From contig NC_042998.1 in assembly GCF_006345805.1 (NCBI RefSeq), positions 130,944,001 through 131,008,000 on the forward strand: a DNA stretch of 64,000 bases, in the 5' to 3' direction. Source of the DNA: Octopus sinensis (lineage: Eukaryota). Under the pieces are notes generated by a model, which was not told where the DNA came from, ran no database searches, and worked only from the letters and a program-made list of their open reading frames with translations. A program made the position numbers and the translations under genes. Of this stretch, positions 1 to 10,909 are shown one piece after another (position 1 is the stretch's first letter; every line of letters starts with the position of its first letter).

Positions 1-495
1 AAAAATGGATTTTTGGTGCTTCATGCATCAGAAGAAAGAGTTGCTATATGTGTGTGCGTGTGTGTGTGTGTGAGGAGTTGTGTGGATGTGTGTAGTTGTG
101 TGCTTGCATGTGTACTGTGTCCGCGCGCGTGCTTGTGTGCGTGTGAGTATATATGTGTGTTAATATGTGTTAACATGTGTGTTCTGTGCCTGTGTATGTA
201 TGCGTGCACGAGCACACAGAACCAATTCTTAAGAATTCAGTGAGCATAATACCTTCGTTTAATCCCGCGAGGCACAATCTGATATCTCTATTATCAGAAT
301 TTCTTAATGAAAAATGTCAATTCATCTATTTCGAACACCTGTTGAGCAACTACTTTAAGGAGAAACAGATACACCGAGAAGTCACTGACGTCAAGGTTTA
401 ACATGCAACTTGGCAACTTTGGTGCGCTACTATAAAGCATGTGCAGATGAGCATCAATCACCCTCTTCCTTTATCTTTTATCCCCCTCACTACCC

Positions 496-534
<39 letters not shown>

Positions 535-537
<3 letters not shown>

Positions 538-764
538 CTTTACTACCCACAAGGGGCTAAACACAGAGGGGACAAACAAGGACAGACAAAGGGATTAAGT
601 CGACTACATCGACCCCAGTGCGTAACTGGTACTTAATTTATCGACCCCGAAAGGATGAAAGGCAAAGTCGACCTCGGCGTAATTTGAACTCGGAACGTAA
701 CGACAGACGAAATACGGCTACGAATTTTGCCCGGCGTGCTAACGTTTCTACCAGCTCGCCGCCT
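535..764 (-). mobile_element. tRNA-derived SINE, full length (octopus OK/OR-type)
   Basis: Minus strand begins GGCGGCGAGCTGGTAGAAACGTTAGC (A-box-like), has GAGTTCAAAT (B-box-like) and the central GTCGACTTTGCCTTTCATCCTTTCGGGGTCGATAAATTAAGTACC domain. Flanked by TA/TACA microsatellites. Confidence 0.85.
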
Positions 765-806
765 TCATACATACATACATACATATATATATACATACAT
801 ACATAG

Positions 807-841
<35 letters not shown>

Positions 842-898
842 CATGTATGTATGTATACATACATACATACATACATACATACATACATACATACTACA

Positions 899-934
<36 letters not shown>

Positions 935-984
935 TTATATATATATATATATATATAATATATATATTATATATATATATATAT

Positions 985-1770
985 AAGTATATGAAAGAAT
1001 GGAGTTGAACGAATAGTTAACAAATATCCTTTATTCTCGACATATGTTTCGAAGGCTGCATATTCCTAATTCCGAAGGAATAAGGAGTACATTATGCAGA
1101 TTTCTCATCAGGAAAATCAAGGAACTTATGTCGACAACAAAATGCACAAAAAACTTTTAGCTGACCGCTCTCAAGGAGCCCATGGCGATAATGAGTGTCT
1201 CTTTATAATGAGTGACGTCAGAGTGGCTGAATGTAGAAGAATCTAGAAGTTCCTAAAGGTTCAAGAGTTCAAACGAAGTAGGAGGAGGGAGACATAAGAA
1301 TAGTAAGGTGAGAGAGTGCAGGTCAAAAGAATGGTGAATTTAAATGATTTCTTTTGTGAATGAGTGCCTGTGTGCGTGACTGTATATAACTGTCTTAATG
1401 TGTGTATGTGTGTGTCTGAATGCGTGATTGTGTTTGTGGATGGGTAGATGTCAGAAAACTGTATCTGTGTGTTCGATTATGTTTACTGTAGGGAAAGGAA
1501 AGTAGATAGCGAAAGGGAGAAAGAATCGGGCGAGGTCAGAGGCAACGCAAGAATGGATAGTAGTAATTGGGAATATAAGAAAATCTTTTTTGACTATTGG
1601 GGTGAAATATAGCAAAAATTTTTTGGGGAAATCGAGGGGTTAACTATATTAGTCACTATTTATATGAATGAAAGGTGTGTCTTTTCCAGTGTAAGCACCT
1701 GTAGGATCTTTTGACGATTGTGTTTATTAAAGGGCCTTTGGCGAACAAAATATGAAAAAGTTCGGAATTA
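985..1770 (-). mobile_element. Penelope-like element 3' remnant ending in the hammerhead
   Basis: TA-flanked block whose minus strand ends with the HHR. It includes a short peptide remnant (INTIVKRSYRCL) reminiscent of PLE proteins. Family assignment is an inference. Confidence 0.5.
1027..1123 (-). ncRNA. Type I hammerhead ribozyme, canonical core
   Basis: Minus strand: UCCUU-G-AUUUUC / CUGAUGA / long stem II (CUGCAUA..UAUGCAG, inner AUUCC-UUC-GGAAU) / GAAA / C-AUAU-G-UC / GAGAAU-A-AAGGA. Stem III is palindromic (ACAUAUGU). Predicted cut between 1039 and 1038. Confidence 0.85.
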
Positions 1771-1784
1771 CATATATATATATA

Positions 1785-2016
1785 ATAACAAAGGGTAAAA
1801 TTAATCAATTAAGAAGTAATCAATACTTTCACCAAGTAGAATTCGGTATGAAAAAAGGACCATTTCACGGCAAACTTAAGTAATACTAATAAAATGGTTC
1901 AGCAAAGATTTGCTTCACCACACACCGAAGTTTAGAAGTAGCTAAGATTTTTGGCTATTATTTCTAAACTTCGATGTGTGGTGAAGCAAATCTTTGCTGA
2001 ATCCTTTTATTAGTAT
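1785..2016. repeat. Fragment related to the 541-bp HHR repeat family, with a ~130-bp foldback
   Basis: Shares TTTCACCAAGT..TTC(G/A)GTATG..AAA(A/G)GGACCATT with 10050-10085. 1884-1944 is inverted at 1951-2016. Confidence 0.65.
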
Positions 2017-2544
2017 ATATATATGGTAATGCAAATAAGAAGAATAGAACTCAAAATTATTATTAGTATTTAGCAGAAGCAACAGAGTGACTCAAGGGCC
2101 GACGATATATATATATGTATATATAATGATTAATAATGGACTCTCCTGTTGAAGATGACAAACGAGCGTTCAGCCTTTGCTGAATGACCTGCACAAGAGA
2201 TTTATTTTTAGTGATCAAATGTATGTGCTGTATGTTATCCCACTTCCTTCATCAAATTGATGTTGAACAGGTGTACGGTGTACCATACGTCAGATTTTGA
2301 AGTAATCGCAGAGTAACATGAGGTGAAGTGTTTTTCTCAAGAACAAAATTCACATCACAATCTCGGAATTAGAACCACGTTCCTGGCTTTGGATAAAAGA
2401 AAATACAGGAGGATCAGTTAATTATGATTTTATTGAACATATTCCCATTTAAGATTCACACTGTAAAAGTGCTAGGAAGGTTTGGCCTCCAACCAGGCCT
2501 TTCGCAACATCTTTAAATCCAGGAACTTTGCAGCATCCCATCAT

Positions 2545-3133
2545 ATACGTGGATGAGTTAAAAAGTAATGCCATTTTGTTTAGGACATGTATAATTACCA
2601 ACACAGGAACATTCATCATTCATCAAAATGAAGCTGGTCCTCTGTGGATCTTATCCCTACTTCTCAAAATAGTCACCGTTTCTCTCAATAGCAATGTTCC
2701 ACCTGCGAATAGCAGCATGTATCCCAGCCCCGTAAAATTCTGCTAACTGTTCTTTGAGCCACTTCGTCACTACAGTTTTCACTTCCTCACAACTGGAATA
2801 ATGTTTGCCTCTCAAACCCTCTTTCATGGGGTCGAAGAGATGATAGTCCAGTGACGATGATAGCCCAGTGACGATGATAGTTCAGTGACGAAGAAGTGAA
2901 AACTGTAGTGAAGAAATGACTCAAAGAACAGTCAACAGAATTTTACGGGGCAGGGATACATGCTCTCATTGGAAAGTAGAACATTGCTACTGCGATAAAC
3001 GGTAGCTATGTTGAGAAGTAGGGATGTGATCCACAGAAGACCAGCTTCATTTTGATGAGTGATACGTGTTCCTGCGTTGGTAATTATACCTGTCCTAAAC
3101 AAAATGGCATTACTGTTTGTATCACCCTCATAT
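2545..3133. mobile_element. Mariner-derived foldback element (two inverted copies of the transposon 3' end)
   Basis: ~2560-2795 is the reverse complement of ~2883-3113. The right arm encodes a mariner C-terminus (SDEEVKTVVKK*LKEQSTEFYGAGIHALIGK*NIATAINGSYVEK*). Confidence 0.8.
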
Positions 3134-3229
3134 ATTCAGAGGAAAAGAGAAAGGTGAAGAAGAGAGACAAATATATTAACAGGGAAAAGAAAAAAATGGA
3201 TGAGTGCGTGTGTTTGTGTGTGTGTGTGT

Positions 3230-3268
<39 letters not shown>

Positions 3269-3521
3269 TTCTTTGTGCTTATCTGGAAGGGTTGTACAGT
3301 GAGTAAAAGCTTCTATTCAGTATTAGCAACCGAACCTCCATGTGTCTAGTTTATTTTTAAAATTCTTCAAGCATTACGTCAGTGAGACACTATCGCTTCA
3401 TCACGCGAAAGCAAAAATTCAATATGCCAAAATAAATCCGTGCACGCACTCACGCATACACATATGCACACACAAACACATACACAAGCACACACACACA
3501 CACACACTCACGTGCACATGC

Positions 3522-3577
<56 letters not shown>

Positions 3578-4047
3578 TACATACATACATACATACATAC
3601 ATACATACATACATACATACATACATACATACATACATAGATATTAAGAGTACACCCGAACTTTCTTGGCAAACAGAAGAGCTTACGGTCAAACCCGTGC
3701 CTGATTAGCTGATGCAAACTTGCTTCTTTTGATCAACTAGAACGGAAATCTAAACCGAAGCACTTGTAATCAAATATGTGACAGCCATGATCAATCCATT
3801 TTGTTTTCTTGTGTTTCTTTTGCATAATATAAGCGGTGTTACGTTGCCCATTAAGGCATCCCCATTTAAATCCAAGTATTAATTGTAAATTCCTTGATTT
3901 TTCAGAAGTGCACATTAGTATTTCATTGTAATCTATTAATTAGAACTATTTGTAAATTTCTAATTATAGTTTATCAATGTGAAACTTTAATAGAAAAATA
4001 GTAAAATATCACCTAAGTAAATCGGAACATACATACATACATACACA

Positions 4048-4188
4048 CGTTCGGCAAAAAGACCGATAGAATAAGTACTGGGCTTACAAAGAATAAGTCC
4101 CAGGGTCGATTTGCTCGACTAAAGGCGGTGCTCCAGCATGGCCGCAGTCAAATGACTGAAACAAGACAAGTAAAAGAGTAAAAGAGTA
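4048..4188 (+). mobile_element. SINE 3' half
   Basis: GACCGATAGAATAAGTACT..GGGTCGATTTGCTCGACTAAAGGCGGTGCTCCAGCATGGCCGCAGTC with a (GTAAAAGA)n tail. Related copies at 4272-4430 (-) and 38095-38232 (+). Confidence 0.75.
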
Positions 4189-4271
4189 TACGTACATACA
4201 TACACACGTGATACATACGTACATACATACATGTATACATGCATACGTACATACATACATACATCTTATAC

Positions 4272-4430
4272 TTGCTTCAGTCATTAGACTGTGGCCATTC
4301 TGGGGCTCTGCTGTGAATTTTTGGTCGAATGAATCTTTTTATTTAATGCCTGGTACATATTCTATCGGTTACTTTTGCTGAACCGCTAGTGACCGGGACA
4401 CAAACACACCAACACCGATTGTCAAGCGAT
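4272..4430 (-). mobile_element. Degenerate SINE 3' half
   Basis: Reverse-complement similarity to 4048-4188 and 38050-38230. Confidence 0.6.
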
Positions 4431-4557
4431 AACGCGTGCGCAATGATAACGTTTTTATACTAATGTTTGTATGTGTATATGTGTGTGTATGTGAGTGCAT
4501 GTTTGTATGTATGTGTGTATTTGTGTCCGTACGCGTCTGTTTACATGCATACATGCA

Positions 4558-4995
4558 TGCGCTGAACTACTGAGAAATCAGCTGTTACGATATCCAGATT
4601 ACAAGTTCAGGTTTATACCTGTAATTACTGGGGCCCTTGGATATGTAGCTCACTGCCTAAATACCAATCTCGAGAAAGTTGGCTTCTCAAAACCAGAAAG
4701 GAGAAAGCTAATTCGATGACTACAGATCCAACCCATTACTGGAACTGTAAAAATCTGTAAAACTTACCAGAAGTTTATCATTTAAATATGTATAAGCATG
4801 TCTAGATATGCAACTATATGCATGATAATACATTCATAAAACAAAACATGCAAATCTGCATATATACATACATACTTACAAACAAATAAGAAATTCCCTG
4901 TTGTTGATGTTGAAATTTCAGTGAAGGAGCTTTGAATCTAGGTTAGAAACCGGCTCTTTCTCCATTGGCAAGACATTTTGAAATAAACCTGAACG
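4558..4995 (+). mobile_element. 3' end of an RLE-type non-LTR retrotransposon (R4/Dong-like)
   Basis: Peptide LRNQLLRYPDYKFRFIPVITGALGYV..LEKVGFSKPERRKLIR*LQIQPITGTVKICK has the PVIxGALG motif of restriction-like endonuclease C-termini. Homologous to 27790-28010. Confidence 0.7.
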
Positions 4996-5577
4996 ATGAA
5001 ATACATATATACATACATACTTATTACTTTCCGAAGAGTTTTCAATATAATCTGCTAAATAATTGATTATTTTCCATTGTAAATGAAACGCACATCAGCT
5101 AATGTAACTAAATATCTTATGAACAAACTCACCTGTTTTCTCTGCTTTTATGTATATGCATATATATATATATACATATATATAAGCACGCACACTCATG
5201 TGTAGATATTTGTCTACGTATTGTCTGTTATCTTTGACTTGTTTCACTTATTTGACTGCGGTCATGCAGGGCCACCTGTATTAACAAAATCTTCATTTTG
5301 GACTACATTCTCGCATAATGCTCGTTATTTTGAGATTTTTGTACAACCTCTTATAACATTAATCTAGTAACCTCGCAAGTAACTACAAAAAATTTCCTTC
5401 GTTGGCACACTCAAGCCTGATTTTGTCAGTGTTATTGTTGATTTGATTTCCAACTAAACAATGATATAACAAATCACTGATCAAAAGTGCTGCAGTCATG
5501 CCCATCTCATATTTTTGAGACAAGATGTGTTATATTCATTTAATGTGTTCTTCATTTTAATTGTAGAAAGTATAAGT

Positions 5578-6140
5578 TGGAGCAGAGAGGACGGACGTTT
5601 TTGAAAAATTCCCCAAATCATTAATTTTTTATGCAAACAAATTTTGTTGACATCAATGTGGCAAAATCAATTTTATTGACATCAATGTGTCAAAATCAAA
5701 TATGGAGAACGACATCCACCATGTGATATCCTTTTCCATTGGTGCATTTCTGAAGGCATTCTTGAAAGATGGCCTCTACCCTCTCCAGCATTGCTCTGTG
5801 CATAATCTCATGGTTTCAACTGTTGCCCAATTACCAATTTGTACAGGAGGAAATGCAGGTTTTCATGCAAAATACGCACTTCCGATCGATTACCGATGCC
5901 AAGTTCAATGGAGTGCTTCGGAGCAGAGCGATTCGAAATCCCTATTAAAGATTGTCTGATGCGTAACTTTCGTAGGGAAACACGCAATGCTCTATCATCC
6001 ACAGCGCCATGGCTTCACCTGAAAAGAAAAAAATGTTAAGACACCACAGACAGAATGCTACCCGTCGAATATATGTCCCTCCTCTTGGGGCTGAGTAATA
6101 GTAATTTCAAAAACGTCCATTCTCTCTGCTCCGCCCTGTA
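5578..6140. mobile_element. Non-autonomous Tc1/mariner-type element with terminal inverted repeats
   Basis: GGAGCAGAGAGGACGGACGTTTTTGAAA (5579-5606) is inverted at TTTCAAAAACGTCCATTCTCTCTGCTCC (6105-6132). The right end is CCCTG-TA. Confidence 0.7.
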
Positions 6141-6244
6141 GTTTGGTGCAGAAGTGTTATTATGTGCAGCAGACTGAGGAATCACATACTAAAGGGCTCA
6201 TTCATTAACTGTTTTATCAAACAAAAATTCAGTATATATATATT

Positions 6245-6904
6245 CATGAGGTGAAGTCAAAAATTATCCGCACTGTCGTCATAATATATCTTTATTATTG
6301 TCACATTGCCTTCTGCGCATGCCTGCTTATAGTTGGTACCAATGTGGTCACGTGATCGCAGTTTGAGCCTGATTATTTTTCCTTCAAGATTTACAGAGTA
6401 AGCATGGTCGCTCCACTAGCAATGTTCACCAAAGGAGAACAAAGAGCAGTTATCCGATTTCTCTGGAAAAGGAGTGTATGCTCAACAGTGGAAGGTACAG
6501 TGCTTTGCTGACCAACGAACTGCAGCCTGCAATTTTCACCGAATACCGAGGCTATTGTCGAAGAAAGTTTTGTTGCTGCACGCCCATACACGGGCGCCCA
6601 AACTGTTGAAAGCATTAACCAATTGAGGTGATGGAACACCCTGCCTACATCTCAGATCTCGTCCCTTTTGGTTATCATTCTTCGGACCGCTCAAAGAAGT
6701 TGTCCATTTCCTGCGGATGAAGATGTGCACTACCAACCGAAAAGTCTCTTCTTGGAGCGAATACGCAAGCTTGTGTACCGCTGGACCATGTACATCGAAA
6801 AGGAAGGAGACTATAAAGAACAATGACGTACTTGTTTATCTCTTAACTTTTGTGTAAATAAATTGAAAAAAACAAGAGTCCGTATAATTTTTTACTCTTC
6901 CTCG

Positions 6905-6906
<2 letters not shown>
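6245..6906 (+). mobile_element. Internally deleted mariner transposon
   Basis: TIRs GAGGTGAAGTCAAAAATTATCCGCACT / AGTCCGTATAATTTTTTACTCTTCCTC-GTA. Remnant peptides: EQRAVIRFL (N-terminus), EHPAYISDL (cf. HPPYSPDL) and CTSKRKETI (C-terminal region). Confidence 0.8.
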
Positions 6907-6944
<38 letters not shown>

Positions 6945-7088
6945 GGCAGGCTTCTTTCCATTTCTGTCTACCAAATCCACTCACAAGGCTTTGGTCGGCC
7001 CGAGGCTATAATAGAAGACACTTGCCCAAAGTGCCACGCAAGGGAACTTGTGGTTGGAAAGCAAGCATTTTACAATACAGACACGGCT
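6945..7088 (-). mobile_element. SINE 5' half (degenerate)
   Basis: Reverse complement resembles the tRNA-like head and body of the SINE at 37832-38232 (GGCACTTTGGGCAAGTGTCTTCTATTATAGCCTCGGGCCGACCAAAGCCTTGTGAGTGGATTTGGTAGAC). Confidence 0.7.
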
Positions 7089-7109
7089 ATATATATATAT
7101 ATATATGTA

Positions 7110-7384
7110 TAAACAATTGCAGCGTGGAAGGTGTTTATAAGCCATTTAAGAAACACACAAAAACCGTTCGATTCACTGCTGCAGCACGGAATTTTGTCAG
7201 TGAACAGGTCGCGGTCTCAAAGCGACGAAAATATTTTGACAAATTAAGATTAAAATGTTGCAGTGAATCTAACGGTTTTTTGTGTGTTTCTTAAATGGCT
7301 TATAAAACACCTCCCACGCTGCAATTGGTTTCGTTCCAGTACACGATCCCAGATCAGGTCAATTACTATGCAAGTACATCTCCG

Positions 7385-7389
<5 letters not shown>
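7110..7389 (+). mobile_element. TA-flanked short element with a 5' inverted segment, carrying a variant hammerhead
   Basis: 7113-7178 is the reverse complement of 7260-7327. An HHR-like fold lies between them. Confidence 0.65.
7193..7243 (+). ncRNA. Minimal type I hammerhead with compensatory G3-C8 core (GUGAACA)
   Basis: UUUGUCA / GUGAACA-G / GUCGC-GGUCUCAAA-GCGAC / GAAA / AUAU-UU / UGACAAA. Stem I is a perfect 7 bp, stem II a perfect 5 bp, and stem III is palindromic (AAUAUU). Confidence 0.65.
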
Positions 7390-7427
<38 letters not shown>

Positions 7428-9267
7428 ATTATATATATATATGTATGTATAAATCGCTTATATTTGTTGGTGTAAATATAACAACTGCTCAACATTTGAC
7501 TTTGACTTGCTTAGTGCAGCGAATACGATAACGTGAAGATAGCCACGCACGGCTATCAGCGTTTCGTCACTAAATCAATCAGTAATGAGTAAAATAATGC
7601 AGAGACATAGATGTGATGATTACATCCATAAAGCTTACAGGAATTGTTTTGGTATCCAATTTCCAATGGAAAAAATATAAAGGTAATATTTTCTTAAAAG
7701 TTACTTGAAATCAGTTATACAAAATTATTAGTAGCAGAAAGAATTATAAATATTATTCTTTCTTTGTTCATGAATATTTTTTGTTAACTAAATACTTGTT
7801 GACATATATGATCTTGATCTTATCGCTTTCAGATAGTCATTCTCAACTATGGCCGAATGTCATACCATAGAAATAATTGGATTGCTGTGATTTTTTACCC
7901 TTCTCTCATCCACGTATAATTTATGGTGTCGTGTTGCGTGGCTGTGTAAACAAGAAGGTCAACCTAACAAACAGTGAATCAGAAAATATATTTTCCATAA
8001 TTGTCGTGATTTCACGTCATCTCTGATATTAAGACGAAGAGGTGTAATATTATGTTGAGAACTATTTCCGTTGTTGCTGTTTTCGATGTTTAACCCCAGG
8101 TCAACCGTGATCAAATTAGCGTAGGATCGAGAACATTCTAGCAATGAATATCCCACTAGTTATTCAAATATAGCGTGCCTTAAACAACATAATCTAACGT
8201 GTCATCTTTTGTAAGACAAGAGGTTGTAGCTTGAAGGAGATTTCTAGTAGGTCGAGCTATCTATTACCAAAAGTGTTTTATGCATGGGCACCTCTTATTT
8301 CTTTATCACAAAGGCTACACTATCCAATATGCCTTTCATATTTTCTAAGGCGGACTGTTGAGATTTGAGGAAATTTTTGCTGTTAATTCCAATAGTTTGG
8401 GGAGCTCACAAAGAGTATTTTGTAATGGTAGGTCATGCGAGATTATCATGTGAGCAAAGGAAATTCGATTCCTCACCTAAGAGGCTATTAAACAGCAAAG
8501 ATTGTGCTAGAGAACGGTAATATTTCTATTAAAGATCTGATAGTTAGTGGTAAAACCCAGCAATATTATTGATGTTTTTATAGTGTGTGAGCATCGTTGT
8601 CTCTCGTATGTAATGGTTCGGTAATGCAGAAGTGTAGATACATATAACGTACATCTGTTTCAAATACTGAATACTAATCTGTGGGATAGGTACCAATATT
8701 CCAATGTCATAGTTTGCTACAATATTATCATATAATTATTTTATTACTAAGATCTCACTGTTTCTTTTCTCTTAGCTTATCCTTCTCAATGCAAAGTCTG
8801 GAGATGGGAATTTAGCCAAGTTAATGTCACTGTATATAAAACTGAAGCTTTGGTCTTAACGCATGATAAACCTCTGACATTTTCTTCAACAATGACATGA
8901 GAATCTAGTGTTATTAAACTCCTGTCATTGTGTCTAATACATGTGTAAACAAAGCTAGGGGTTGCAAAAAGAAAGGTTTTTGGTGTCTAGCACGACTTTG
9001 ATCTTCTTTTCATATTATCAATCTTTACCACGTATTCCCTCATACCGCAATAACTTAAAACGTTTATTGTACTGGTTAACCCAGACGTAATGAAGTAAGA
9101 AGATAATAAATTTTCCTAATTTTAACAAAGCAGGAATCCAAAGTTGCTTTCAAAATATTTTCTCTACTGTATAATGAGGAAATGTATTAAATGCATTAAA
9201 CGCGATGCAACAATATATTAAAACTATTAGAATAAGTACTCTCAATAATATATATATATATATTATA

Positions 9268-9340
<73 letters not shown>

Positions 9341-9454
9341 CATACATACATATGCACATATATATATGTGCGTGTGTATGTGGTGGATAGGCGTGTATGT
9401 TCTGTACAGAAATATATACATGTAGATATCTCTTCATCCATCTGTCTGTCTGTA

Positions 9455-9495
<41 letters not shown>

Positions 9496-9508
9496 GTCTA
9501 TCTATCTG

Positions 9509-9623
<115 letters not shown>

Positions 9624-9638
9624 ATCAAAACAATTTGA

Positions 9639-9703
9639 TTCAAATTCGTTGGTACTCTTGAGTTTCAAGCGTGATGATAGTCGTCAGCCATTTTGAATTT
9701 GAA
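9639..9703 (-). ncRNA. Degenerate type I hammerhead (stem II lost)
   Basis: Minus strand: UCAAAUUC-AAAA-UGG / CUGACGA / unpaired 14 nt / GAAA / CUC-AA-GAG-UA / CCA-AC-GAAUUUGA. Confidence 0.6.
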
Positions 9704-10298
9704 TGACAGAAGTTGATATATAAATGTGTGTTTGTTTGTATACATGTATGTTGCGAATGTGTGGTGTGTGTATTTGTGTATGGATATGTTTGTACAATAT
9801 GTGTAAAGACTAAATGTGTACGGTTGTGACCCTATTGATAAGTAGACTAGCTGGCAGGTACTTTTGTCCTTATCAGGGCTTTATAGAACCATTTCGGACC
9901 AAAATGACCACACCAAAAATTCCATTTCTTTATTCTTGATCTACTTAATTCTCCATCTCCGCTCCTTTATTTTTGTGTATATATATATATATATAGATAT
10001 ATATATATAATTTCAACAATTGAGGGCAAAATTAATTAATATTAATCAATTTCACCAAGTGTTCAGTATGCAAAGGGACCATTCAGGCGAATTCAAATTA
10101 TTACATTATATAAAAGGGCTTAGTAAAATAAATACTTTGCCGCATACTGAACTCATTAGAATAGCAGCTAAAAAACTTTTTTAAGGCTATTTCTAATACT
10201 TAAAGAAAATCTCTCTCATATATAGTTTTGCATAATTTAACTCACAAAAGTTTGGGGGTAATGACATCGAAAAATCAAATGCTAAGGTTATTCGAAAT

Positions 10299-10374
10299 GC
10301 TAAGGAATTTCGAGCCGATGATAGAAATGTTGTTTTGACTAATCTTGAAACGTACGTTCTCGAATAACCTTAGC
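10299..10374 (+). ncRNA. Type I hammerhead variant (CCGAUGA core, GUU site)
   Basis: GCUAAGG-AAUUU-CGAG / CCGAUGA / U-AGA..UCU-U / GAAA / C-GUAC-G-UU / CUCG-AAUAA-CCUUAGC. Stem III AACGUACGUU is palindromic. Confidence 0.65.
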
Positions 10375-10841
10375 ATTTGATTTTTCGATGTCATTACCCC
10401 AACTTTTGTGAGTTAAATTATGCAAACACTATATGAGAGAGATTTTCTTTAAGTATTAGAAATAGCCTTAAAAAAGTTTTTTAGCTGCTATTCTAATGAG
10501 TTCAGTATGCGGCAAAGTAATTTATTTTACTAAGCCCTTTTATATAATGTAATAATTTGAATTCGCCTTGAATGGTCCCTTTGCATACTGAACACTTGGT
10601 GAAATTGATTAATAATTAATTAATTTTGCCCTCAATTGTTGAAATTATAATTAATCTCCCTCTGATTAATGCTTCGGACTTTACCGAAATAAGCATAGAG
10701 TTTGATGATTTTAACCCACGCTGGTGGAAAGGGGAGAACAGAGATTCTTCGCTTGCTTATTTTGAATTTGTTGGCACTGTTAGTTGGGAGCAGATCTTCG
10801 AGAGGGTATGTTCTTATTTTCAGTGTTTCCAAATCCAAACC

Positions 10842-10909
10842 AAGGAATTTCCGAGCCGATGATAGAAATGTTGTTTTGACTAATCTTGAAACGTGTTCTC
10901 GAATACCTT
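10842..10909 (+). ncRNA. Type I hammerhead variant, second copy in the 541-bp array
   Basis: AAGG..CGAG / CCGAUGA (10856-10862) / stem II / GAAA (10888-10891) / CGUGUU / CUCG..CCUU. Confidence 0.6.

Noticed and set aside
380-440. TGACGTCA (CRE) plus TATAAA as a promoter
   Set aside because: Short motifs are expected by chance, and no downstream gene is evident.
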